From positions 1 through 64,000 of IMG/VR virus record IMGVR_UViG_3300045988_103986: a stretch of DNA of 64,000 nucleotides. One strand, written 5' to 3'. Under the pieces are notes generated by a model. It was not told the origin of the DNA. It did not search any database and saw only the letters and a program-made list of their open reading frames with translations. Shown piece by piece: positions 42,920 to 50,678 of the stretch. Each line of letters begins with the position of its first letter. The first letter of the stretch is position 1. Origin of the DNA: a virus. The position numbers were made by a program, and so were the translations under genes.

Positions 42920-44395
42920 GAACGGGGCAATGGAAATGCGTCGCCCGGCCCAGCCTGGATTGGCATCGCAAAGGAGCAGCACTGCTCAGCGAAGCTCAGC
43001 GCAGCAAAGGAAAAGCGAGGTAGCGCAAGGCGTAGCAACGGAGAGGTGGAGCGCCGCACAGTCAAGAACTGCATAGGCCCGGCTGAATTCTGTTTTGGGA
43101 CGTGAAGATCAGCGAAGGCTTCGCGGGGCGATGCGTATCTCAGCAACGCAAAGGAAAAGCGGAGACTGGCGTAGCGCTGAAATGGAGCGGCTGGGAGATG
43201 TTTCGCATAGTGAAGGCGAAGTATTGAGAAGCAGTGACCAGGAAACAGCCCACAAGCCCCTGCCTTTAGGCATGGTGATAGTCTAAACATACGGTAGGGC
43301 GGGACACGCCCGAACCTATACGCTCGGGGAGACTATGTAAGACGCCACTACGGTGCAACGGTCGCTGAACTGAGAATCCCTCGGCTTTAGCCGTGGGGAG
43401 TGTCAAACGCGATGGCTGGGCATCGAAATGAGTCGCCTTGATGCGCCCGGAAAAGCAACGGCATTGCAGGGTGAAGCAACGCGTAGCGGAGGCAAGGCAG
43501 AGTGCAGTCGTGCTTGGTATAGCAAAGGAATGGCAAAGCAGTGCACAGAAATGCAAGGGTGAAGGACTGAGCTGCAAAGCATTGTTTGGCAATGGCATTG
43601 AGATGAATCGAAGCGCGATGGACTTGCTCGGTACTGCGCAGCAAAGGCTCTGTGAGGGTTAGCTTTGAGACGCGAAGCAATGGCGATGCACCGAGAAGCC
43701 GGGAGAGGCCAAGGAACGCAATGGTTCTGCACTGCTTTGAATCGCAACGGCGTCACATAGCATGGAAACGCATGGCGAAGCAAAGGCAAGGCGGAGAGTA
43801 GCTACCTACTGCTGAGGAATGCAAAGGATTAGTTGAGAAGCGAGTAGCCACGCAAAGGTAAGGCTAGGAAGGGCTAAGCGTAGCGACGCATCGGCACAGT
43901 GTATAGTGTGGCCGGGCGCTGCAATGGCAGAGCGAGGCGTGGCCTTGCGGAGAAAAGCAGTGGCGAAGCAACGCGAGGAAAAGCAAAGATTAGCAACGGC
44001 ATAGTACAGTATCGAATGGTCGGGTTATGCAAGGGAATGGCGACGAGTCGCACGGACCGGCACAGCGCGGCAGGGCATAGCAGAGGCATGGAACTGCGAG
44101 GCGATGCACGGGTTTGCGAAGGGAAAGCGGTGCAAATCGAAGTGCGGAGCGGCAACGAAAACGTAAAGGAATGCCACGCAGTGTGATGGATAAGGATTGC
44201 ATGGGAACGCTCTGAAACGCGAAGGTGAGGCGTGGCTTGGTAAGGAGATGAGCCGCGCCGATATGCAAAGGCAGGGAAGGGTAATGCAAAGAAATGCAAC
44301 GGATGAGCAAGGATAGGCACAGGGCAGCGATGTCTGGCAATGGGAAGGCGACGTCCGGTAACGTGACGCGAGGGCTTTCAACTGTCTGCGAAAAA
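42920..44395 (+). repeat. ORF-free purine-rich tract with 22 same-strand GCAANGG motifs
   Basis: Stops in all frames. Motif starts include 42927, 42968, 43004, 43035, 43148, 43455, 43522, 43553, 43589, 43641, 43677, 43718, 43744, 43780, 43821, 43852, 43921, 43993, 44029, 44265, 44296, 44337. I found none on the - strand. Confidence 0.8.
43234..43406 (+). mobile_element. miniature tnpB-less derivative (LE joined to RE/omega-RNA scaffold) of the IS at 48152-49471
   Basis: 43234-43275 is nearly identical to 48152-48193. 43285-43406 is ~90% identical to 49350-49471, ending GGGGAGTGTCAA. Confidence 0.8.
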
Positions 44396-44507
44396 ATTTT
44401 TTGATGTCTATTGGGTGCTAAAAACGCTCAAGGAGACGTTCGCTCTGCATAATGTTCTGATACCGCATATATTTCCGAACTTACCAGAACATTTTAGCTA
44501 AAAACAA

Positions 44508-44548
44508 TATGACCTAAATCATTTGGAGGTCCGAGTAAAATAAAAAGT
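44508..44548 (+). promoter_or_regulatory. module-start element, copy 5 (upstream of integrase)
   Basis: TATGACCTAAATCATTTGGAGGTCCGAGTAAAATAAAAAGT. Confidence 0.5.
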
Positions 44549-44564
44549 GTAAGGGGGATTTCAA

Positions 44565-45653
44565 GTGGCGTTCCCAAATGGATATGAAAAGTTCCGCGAA
44601 GCGATGATTGCTTACGAAGACAACCTGAGAGCGATCGGGCGCGCAGAAACAACAATCGAAAACGAAGAGCGGATTTTCAAATACTTCTCCGGCTTCATGC
44701 TGGAAAATGGCCGGTGGGACAAGCGCGAAGAGAGTTTCATAGACATTCAGGCGTGGCGAGACCAGCTGCGGCGTGACGGGAAAAAGCCGTCGACAATTAA
44801 GCAGTATCTGAAAGTTCTGAGCAGCTTCTACAAGTTCGCCTCTTCCGCGCAGCTCGGAGACAAGCGCTGGTACGATCAGAATCCCGTTGGTGCCCTACTT
44901 TTGCCGGACACCAAAAAGCGGGACAAGCGCCCATATGACGAACTTCTCACAGACGAGCAAGTTCTTCTCCTGTGGCGGAACAATCCTCCGCAAAAGCTCA
45001 GACGGCCAGAATATTGGGAGCGGAATTACGCCATCGTCGTTCTGCTGCTGACTACAGAGATCCGCAACAGGGAGCTTCTGGCGCTCACGCCGAGCGACCT
45101 GGACTGGGAAAACTCAGAGCTGATCGTCGATCATGGCAAGGGTGATAAATACAGGTCCGTGGACTTCCCTCTCCTCGCGCAAACCGCCATGCGGATTTAT
45201 CTGAATAGTGGAATCCGACCAGAGACTGCAGGAGACCATGACCCGCTCTTTGGGACAGAGGCAACCAGAGACTTTCAGGGAGCCAACAAAGGCGCGGAGT
45301 GGCACGCAGGGACGCGACAGTGGCTCTCAAACGTGGTCCGGCGTCATGTGAAATCCGTAACCGGTGTAGATGATATCCGATCTCACGACCTGCGGCACAT
45401 CGGTGCGCGGCTTGACCTGAACAGCGGGATGAGCATTGAGGAACTGCAGTCAAAACTTGGGCATGAGTCAGTTTCAACAACACAGATCTATTCCGGCAAA
45501 CTCACCAGCCGCAAGAAGCGACGCATGACAAAGATAGTGCTGGAAGAAAAAGACCGTCAAGCTCAAAGAAATATCGAACGTTTGGAGGTTAACGGAGATA
45601 ATTTTTTCGGGCAGCTCCGGTTGAAGCAATTCCAGCAGCCGGAGACAGCGTAG
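44565..45653 (+). CDS. int: tyrosine recombinase/phage integrase (GTG start)
   Basis: N-terminal SAM-like domain; catalytic region NRELLAL...HGKGDKYR...IRSHDLRHIGA...LGHESVSTTQIY. Confidence 0.9.
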   Translation: MAFPNGYEKFREAMIAYEDNLRAIGRAETTIENEERIFKYFSGFMLENGRWDKREESFIDIQAWRDQLRRDGKKPSTIKQYLKVLSSFYKFASSAQLGDKRWYDQNPVGALLLPDTKKRDKRPYDELLTDEQVLLLWRNNPPQKLRRPEYWERNYAIVVLLLTTEIRNRELLALTPSDLDWENSELIVDHGKGDKYRSVDFPLLAQTAMRIYLNSGIRPETAGDHDPLFGTEATRDFQGANKGAEWHAGTRQWLSNVVRRHVKSVTGVDDIRSHDLRHIGARLDLNSGMSIEELQSKLGHESVSTTQIYSGKLTSRKKRRMTKIVLEEKDRQAQRNIERLEVNGDNFFGQLRLKQFQQPETA

Positions 45654-45749
45654 GCAAAACCAAGAGAACCAAGAAAACGAACAGTCAGAAGGCCAGCGGT
45701 AAAAACCAAGAAAACTAAAACTCTCCGGGTTCCGTTCAACCCGGTACAC

Positions 45750-45817
45750 GATGGGAGCAGGTGCGCGGGATAGCTCACGACCATACCGTATCGGTTCGAA
45801 TCCGATTCCCACCACCA
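45750..45817 (+). other. truncated tRNA-like element (68 nt, good T-arm/acceptor/CCA, no canonical D/anticodon arms); attP-core candidate
   Basis: GATGGGA...GCGGGATAGCTCA...ATCGGTTCGAATCCGATTCCCACCACCA, ~100 nt downstream of int. Confidence 0.45.
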
Positions 45818-46007
45818 GCCGCAGTTTTTTCATTTGTTTTCCTGCGGCACGGCATATGGCCTCCTTTCTGATAAAGAAAAGCGTCACCCACGTAAGCGCA
45901 GACGCTCGCTGGAACATGTTAGAGATTCCGGTGCTCTGATTTGAGAAGATCAGCTGTGGGTTTCGGTCAAGAGCGCACCCGAAGCCGTGTAAAACGGGGT
46001 GCAGCAC

Positions 46008-46081
46008 CCAGCATTGGTGTAGCGGTAGCACATCAGTCTTCCAAACTGAGAGCGCGAGTTCGAGTCTCGTATGCTGGTCCA
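46008..46081 (+). tRNA. tRNA-Gly (anticodon UCC)
   Basis: Hand-folded cloverleaf: acceptor CCAGCAT/ATGCTGG, D-arm GTGT-AGCGGTA-GCAC, anticodon arm TCAGT-CTTCCAA-ACTGA, T-arm GCGAG-TTCGAGT-CTCGT, encoded CCA. Confidence 0.65.
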
Positions 46082-46082
46082 T

Positions 46083-46567
46083 GCGGTAGAGTGTAGCGCA
46101 AAGAAATTTCACAAGAAGTAGCGAGGATAGGCCGTCCACCGGATTTGCAACCGGTGTGCCAGAAAACTTGCACACGCTGAAGGTAGCTATGGACTGTATC
46201 ATTTCTTCGGTCATGCGCGGCCGAGCACTCTATCGCAACCACATGGGCATTACGGCGGGCCCAGGGAAAGTTTTGAAGTTCCAAAGGCTTGGTGAAATGA
46301 TATATCCGGCCATCCGCTCAATCTGTAGGTAGTGCAAGTACGACAGATTGCGAATTTAATTAGCTGGCTCCGGCTTAATGTGTGAAAAAACGGATGCGAC
46401 CGATGCACCGGCGCAGGGCTGAAAAGTTCCGTGGTCAATTCCTCTTGGCTTCCAGACGGCTCGCTGTGAGGCGTGAAAGATGGAAGAAAAACCGGTGTGG
46501 CGACGCAGACCAACGGCGCAATGCCGCGTCTAGGCGTTGAGTAATGGCGGCTCTGGGGGCCAAGAGT
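46083..46567 (+). ncRNA. candidate structured RNA (unclassified)
   Basis: ORF-free. Long-range helices 46083-93/46226-36 and 46442-49/46559-66. Local hairpins at 46137-56, 46154-75 and 46321-48. Strand inferred from the flanking genes. Confidence 0.3.
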
Positions 46568-46596
46568 GATTGGCTGTGACAAAATGGAGGAAACTT

Positions 46597-47055
46597 ATGA
46601 ACGGAGAAATAATTCCTGTTGTTCTTCTTGGAAGTCTCTTCTTTGTACTTCCACTTGTCCTTTATGTGGAATGCGAAATCAATTGTGATGTTTTCGGTGA
46701 CGAGCACGACGGCCATGCACACCTGACTTTTGAAGAATTCTACGCTTACTATCTCATTTCCCCAAACAAATGGGATATCGATCTGGATTCGCTGTATTAC
46801 AACAGAGGGGAAGATTTCATCCGGAAAAAGGTCACGTTTCTTCGTGTCAGAGACGTCATTCGATACAGAAGGTTTGCAAAAAAACGCCACGATCAATGTC
46901 TTTGTGAATACTCTGATATTTCAAAACTTGCCATCATAAAGGGCATGAGTGAAGATGCCGGAAAACTGCAAGAGTCCGCATTGAAAGATATCGAACGAGC
47001 AACCAAAAGGTACATAGAAATCGTTCGTAGATGTGTAGAGGTGGACCAAAGATGA
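46597..47055 (+). CDS. membrane-anchored protein, 152 aa
   Basis: Start MNGEIIPVVLLGSLFFVLPLVLY behind GGAGGA. Confidence 0.6.
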   Translation: MNGEIIPVVLLGSLFFVLPLVLYVECEINCDVFGDEHDGHAHLTFEEFYAYYLISPNKWDIDLDSLYYNRGEDFIRKKVTFLRVRDVIRYRRFAKKRHDQCLCEYSDISKLAIIKGMSEDAGKLQESALKDIERATKRYIEIVRRCVEVDQR

Positions 47056-47309
47056 GTGATAATGGCACAGCGTACTGCATCAGGTGCGGTAAGAAGACAG
47101 AGTATTCGATAAAGCTTCAGCGCGTGAGGGTGAATGTTTGTGGGGTGCGTTTCAGTTATATTGAGAAGGACCCCTGTTGCACGAACTGTGGAGAAAGCGT
47201 CTACATCTCGGAAGTCGAAGATCAGAATGTTGATGCCAGAACGCTCGAATTCAACAAAGCGAGGGAAAAGCTCAGACACAAGATAGATTCAAACGGAGGT
47301 AAATCATGA
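47052..47309 (+). CDS. zinc-ribbon protein, 85 aa
   Basis: ATGA overlap; CIRCGKK...CTNCGE. Confidence 0.55.
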   Translation: MSDNGTAYCIRCGKKTEYSIKLQRVRVNVCGVRFSYIEKDPCCTNCGESVYISEVEDQNVDARTLEFNKAREKLRHKIDSNGGKS

Positions 47310-47623
47310 GTCTTAATATTCGTTACTTAACCAACGGCACAAAAAACGTCTACGTTGTTATCGACAGTCGCCCGATTACTGTCAACTGCTACGAAACGCG
47401 GGATGAGATTCCGGTTCAGATCCGGCACTATGCGCCCGAAGGAGAGCCGATGTTTGTCGGTCCTGACGGAGCGCGGCTTCTTTTCGCAATGAAGGCGCTG
47501 TATCCAGAGCTGATGTGCGAATACTGCGGAAAGCCCGGATATTCAGGTGCTGTTTGCATATTTGAATCGTGCGTCGAGCCGTGGAAAACGTGCAAGTACA
47601 GGTACACGGGGTCAGGAGCATGA
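47306..47623 (+). CDS. hypothetical protein, 105 aa
   Basis: GGAGG RBS; ATGA overlap. Confidence 0.55.
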   Translation: MSLNIRYLTNGTKNVYVVIDSRPITVNCYETRDEIPVQIRHYAPEGEPMFVGPDGARLLFAMKALYPELMCEYCGKPGYSGAVCIFESCVEPWKTCKYRYTGSGA

Positions 47624-47943
47624 ACGATATCAGGTCGGTTGATTTCAGCGACGCGCAGCTTAAATCGTTCCTGTTTGAGGTGTACAGTGCAGGATTTGAA
47701 GCCGGATATTCCCGATGTACAGACATACACACTGGTTTCAGCACATGGTATCGTAATGTAATTCAGAAAGACAATCTGCCGGTCTATGCGGCACTTGACA
47801 GTACCAACAAGGACGTGCAGAATGCGATGGATAGCGTCCTCTGTATCAATCAGATTCTGTATTCGGGCCGCTATGAGTCCATCCGGCCGCAGATTGGATT
47901 TGCAGAAAAAGTATTGAAAGATTTCATCGCCGAAAGGTGTTGA
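47620..47943 (+). CDS. hypothetical protein, 107 aa
   Basis: Start MNDIRSVDF with ATGA overlap. Confidence 0.5.
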   Translation: MNDIRSVDFSDAQLKSFLFEVYSAGFEAGYSRCTDIHTGFSTWYRNVIQKDNLPVYAALDSTNKDVQNAMDSVLCINQILYSGRYESIRPQIGFAEKVLKDFIAERC

Positions 47944-48233
47944 GATACCATCCGAGTTTGGCTAGTTCGCACAAGCGTTCCGCTGTGTAGAAAATCGGAA
48001 CCCATGAAAGTCCTCGTTGCGCTGGTACGCCAAACACAACAGCGCGGGCAAAAATCGTTGGTGAATATCGCGCGTAACACGCAACGTTGACTGCTGTTCA
48101 ATAATTCGGGAAACAGACAAAGAGCAGGCTTGGTTAAAGGCTCATAGTGCGGTGACCAGGAAACAGCCCACAAGCCCCTGCCTTTAGGCATGGGGTAAAG
48201 GGCTGCAAGTCTACTTATTGTTGGAGATGAAAC

Positions 48234-49346
48234 ATGGGATATTCCTACAAATTTAGGCTGTACCCAAATACGGAGCAGGAGAACTTAATACAGCGTACTT
48301 TCGGCTGTGCTCGATTTGTGTATAACCACTTTCTCTCTGAACGCATCACGCAGTATCGAGAAACCGGGAAATCTCCTACACGTTTTCAACAGGACAAAGA
48401 ATTGACGCAGCTGAAGAAATCGGTTGAGTGGCTGAAAGAGGTTGATGCAACCGCACTGCAATCTTCTTTGCAGAGCCTTGATGCCGCCTATCAGAACTTC
48501 TTCCGTCGAGTGAAATCCGGTGAAAAGCCAGGATTCCCACGGTTCAAGAGCAAGCATGACCACCGCAAAAGCTACAAGAGCAAAGCCGTTGGAACAAACA
48601 TCAAAGTATTGGACGGTGCGGTCCAACTGCCGAAACTCGGCAAAGTCAAATGCCGTATCAGCCGAAAGGTTGAGGGCAGAATCCTGTCTGCTACGGTATC
48701 ACAAAATCCGAGCGGCAAATACTTTGTATCGCTCTGCTGCACTGATGTGGAGATTGAGCCGCTTCCAAAGACAGGCTGTGTTATCGGCGTTGACATGGGG
48801 CTGAAAGCATTCGCAATCACGTCCGATGGAACGGAATATCCAAACCCGCGTTATTTAGCCAAGAACCAGAAGAAACTTGCCAGATTACAACGGCAACTCT
48901 CCCGAAAATCAAAGGGGAGCAACCGACGCGAGAAAGCGAGGATTCAGGTGGCGCGGTTACATGAGCACATCGCAAGCCAGCGCAGCGACATGATGCACAA
49001 GCTGTCAACGCAGCTCATCCGGGAGAACGATGTAGTCTGCATCGAAGACTTAGCACCGAAGAACATGGTCAAGAATCATCGCCTTGCGAAGTCCATCAGC
49101 GACGCATCGTGGGGCGAGTTCAGGCGGCGGCTAGAGTACAAGGCCGCGTGGTATGGAAAGAAAGTCATAGCGATAGACCGGTTCTTCCCATCCAGTCAGC
49201 TATGTTCCTGCTGCGGGTATCGGAATACCGGAACAAAGAATCTAGCGGTGCGGGAGTGGACGTGCCCCAAATGCGAAACACACCACGACAGGGACATCAA
49301 CGCCGCGAAAAACATTTTAAGTGAGGGCTTGCGCCTGTTGGCCTAG
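48234..49346 (+). CDS. tnpB: RNA-guided endonuclease TnpB
   Basis: [12 protein letters not shown]-terminus; RuvC triad contexts [23 protein letters not shown]; zinc finger CSCCG...CPKCE. Confidence 0.9.
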   Translation: MGYSYKFRLYPNTEQENLIQRTFGCARFVYNHFLSERITQYRETGKSPTRFQQDKELTQLKKSVEWLKEVDATALQSSLQSLDAAYQNFFRRVKSGEKPGFPRFKSKHDHRKSYKSKAVGTNIKVLDGAVQLPKLGKVKCRISRKVEGRILSATVSQNPSGKYFVSLCCTDVEIEPLPKTGCVIGVDMGLKAFAITSDGTEYPNPRYLAKNQKKLARLQRQLSRKSKGSNRREKARIQVARLHEHIASQRSDMMHKLSTQLIRENDVVCIEDLAPKNMVKNHRLAKSISDASWGEFRRRLEYKAAWYGKKVIAIDRFFPSSQLCSCCGYRNTGTKNLAVREWTCPKCETHHDRDINAAKNILSEGLRLLA

Positions 49347-49471
49347 CCAAAACACACGGTAGGGCGGGACACGCCCGAACCTATACGCTCGTGGAGACTA
49401 TGTAAGACGCAACTACGGCGCAACGGTCAGCGAACCGAGAATCCCCCGGCTTTAGCCGTGGGGAGTGTCAA
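49347..49471 (+). ncRNA. omega-RNA scaffold / right end of IS copy B
   Basis: Conserved in all three copies: TAGGGCGGGACACGCCCGAA ... GAGAATCCCCCGGCTTTAGCCGTGGGGAGTGTCAA, with hairpins GGGCG/CGCCC and CCGGCT/AGCCG. The 5' limit inside tnpB is not determinable. Confidence 0.6.
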
Positions 49472-49511
49472 AGGTTGGTTCGGCGGGACGCCGCTGCATG
49501 AGCCTGCATAC

Positions 49512-49588
49512 AGGGGTATCGCCAAGCGGTCTAAGGCATGGGACTTTGACTCCCATATGCGCAGGTTCAAATCCTGCTACCCCTGCCA
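49512..49588 (+). tRNA. tRNA-Gln (anticodon UUG)
   Basis: AGGGGTA-TC-GCC..GGC-A-TGGGA-CTTTGAC-TCCCA-TATGC-GCAGG-TTCAAAT-CCTGC-TACCCCT-G-CCA. Confidence 0.8.
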
Positions 49589-50244
49589 GCCGCCCGTTGG
49601 GGTTCTCCGCGCGACTACATTTAACATGGGGAAAAATACGGCTATCCATTCACGCACGCAATAGAGTGATCGTGAATCGTAGCGGCCCCGGCTAAAGGCG
49701 CTGTACCCGCGGCGTCCAAGGAGAACGAGGCAAAAATGCAGCTATATGGGCCAGAAAACGGGATAGTAGCCACGCTGCAATATATGATGGTGCTACGAAG
49801 CTGTAGACGATGAACGCCTGGTAATACAGGACGGCTCAGCCGATAATGAATGAGTAAGATAGCGTCTACGGAAATAGGAGCTGTAGTAAATGGAGTGAAA
49901 TTAACAGCCATCATATCCCCTGCGCTTGATGCGTGGGCTGCCGAAACCAATGCGTGTTTCGGCCAAAAAGGTAAAGGTCAAGCGGATATAGACCTTCGTA
50001 GAGACGGCACAAGTCCATTTTGGAACGTCCCGTTCAGCTTGCCGGGAAAGACTCACTAGTGGTCGAACTGGATGAATCCGCACTTGTTCGTAATGCTTGG
50101 GGCGAACTGAAATCCGCCAAGCTAGGCAGCACCTTTGGGAACGCTTTCAGGACTGCTGATACATAAGCGCCGGTGCGCAACCACCTAATTTGCCGTTGGT
50201 TTGCGCGCAAAACCTCACGTCCGGTACGTTAAGCCGGGATTGAT
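49589..50244 (+). ncRNA. candidate large structured ncRNA (GOLLD/ROOL-class hypothesis)
   Basis: 655-nt ORF-poor spacer between two tRNAs with at least 7 helices, e.g. 49602-08/49720-26, 49648-54/49671-77, 49803-09/49863-69, 49941-47/49956-62, 50095-100/50117-22. Confidence 0.35.
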
Positions 50245-50319
50245 GGGCCGTTAGCTCAACGGTAGAGCAAGCCGCTCATAACGGCTCGGTCGTAGGCTCG
50301 ACACCTACACGGCCCACCA
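50245..50319 (+). tRNA. tRNA-Met/Ile2 (anticodon CAU) with an atypical T-loop
   Basis: GGGCCGT-TA-GCTC-AACGGTA-GAGC-A-AGCCG-CTCATAA-CGGCT-CGGTC-GTAGG-CTCGACA-CCTAC-ACGGCCC-A-CCA. The T-loop is CTCGACA instead of TTCRAWY. Confidence 0.7.
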
Positions 50320-50346
50320 TTCATTCTTGAGAAAGGAGGATTACAC

Positions 50347-50622
50347 ATGAACAAGGAAGAACTCGTTCAGGCAGTTGCCAGCAAGACCAACATGCCGAAG
50401 ACCGCCAGTTTGGAGGCCATCGATGCCGTTTTCGCAGCAATCGAAGAATCTCTCATTGCGCACGAAGATGTCACTATCGCTGGTTTCGGCAAGTTCACTG
50501 CGAAGTACCAGAAGGCCAGAACCGCGAGAAACCCGGTCACGGGTGGACCGGTCGACGTTCCGGCAAAATTCTCGGTCAAGTTCTCGGCAAGCAGCGTGCT
50601 GAAAAAAGCAGTTGCAAAGTGA
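50347..50622 (+). CDS. hup: HU-family DNA-binding protein
   Basis: MNKEELVQAVASKT...IAGFGKFTAKYQKARTARNPVTGGPVDVPAK. Confidence 0.9.
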   Translation: MNKEELVQAVASKTNMPKTASLEAIDAVFAAIEESLIAHEDVTIAGFGKFTAKYQKARTARNPVTGGPVDVPAKFSVKFSASSVLKKAVAK

Positions 50623-50678
50623 ATCATGGGGCTATTTTGCCCCTCTACATAGTAAAATCACAGAAAGGATGCAATTTC

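Larger units (their letters stand above)
48152..49471 (+). mobile_element. IS200/IS605-family tnpB-only element (IS1341-like), copy B
   Basis: LE shared with the 43234 mini-element; tnpB; RE ends GGGGAGTGTCAA as in the other two copies. Confidence 0.8.

Noticed and set aside
42169-43290. 373-aa minus-strand ORF, and the 128/148/118-aa ORFs at 43403-44381
   Set aside because: They are antisense to a well-supported gene and to the purine-rich tract. Their composition is repetitive (A/L/P/R/S/F/C), they run through the mini-IS, and they lack RBSs.
42920-44395. CRISPR array or regular tandem repeat next to the RAMP-like gene
   Set aside because: There are no constant-length repeats or spacers. 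Only a 7-nt motif recurs, at irregular spacing, and no leader or cas genes are present.
42920-44395. CsrA-type sponge RNA, because of many GGA/AAGGA words
   Set aside because: I counted about one GGA per 35-40 nt. That is no more than expected from the G/A-rich composition (about one per 27 nt), so there is no specific enrichment.
45474-46214. 246-aa minus-strand ORF
   Set aside because: It overlaps the integrase 3' end, the tRNA-like stub and tRNA-Gly. It has no RBS and an implausible sequence.
46083-46240. Intron-containing or long-arm tRNA (GCA loop at 46143-46150)
   Set aside because: The terminal helix is not followed by a discriminator-CCA. There is no T-arm, and the CACCGG/CCGGTG hairpin has an 8-nt loop.
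49589-50244. Group I intron or tmRNA
   Set aside because: Words resembling the group I R/S elements (TAGAGAC, GATATAGAC) occur in the wrong order and without P/Q partners. There is no tmRNA-like 5' GGGG acceptor, tag ORF or T-arm/CCA end. Only a covariance-model search can settle this.
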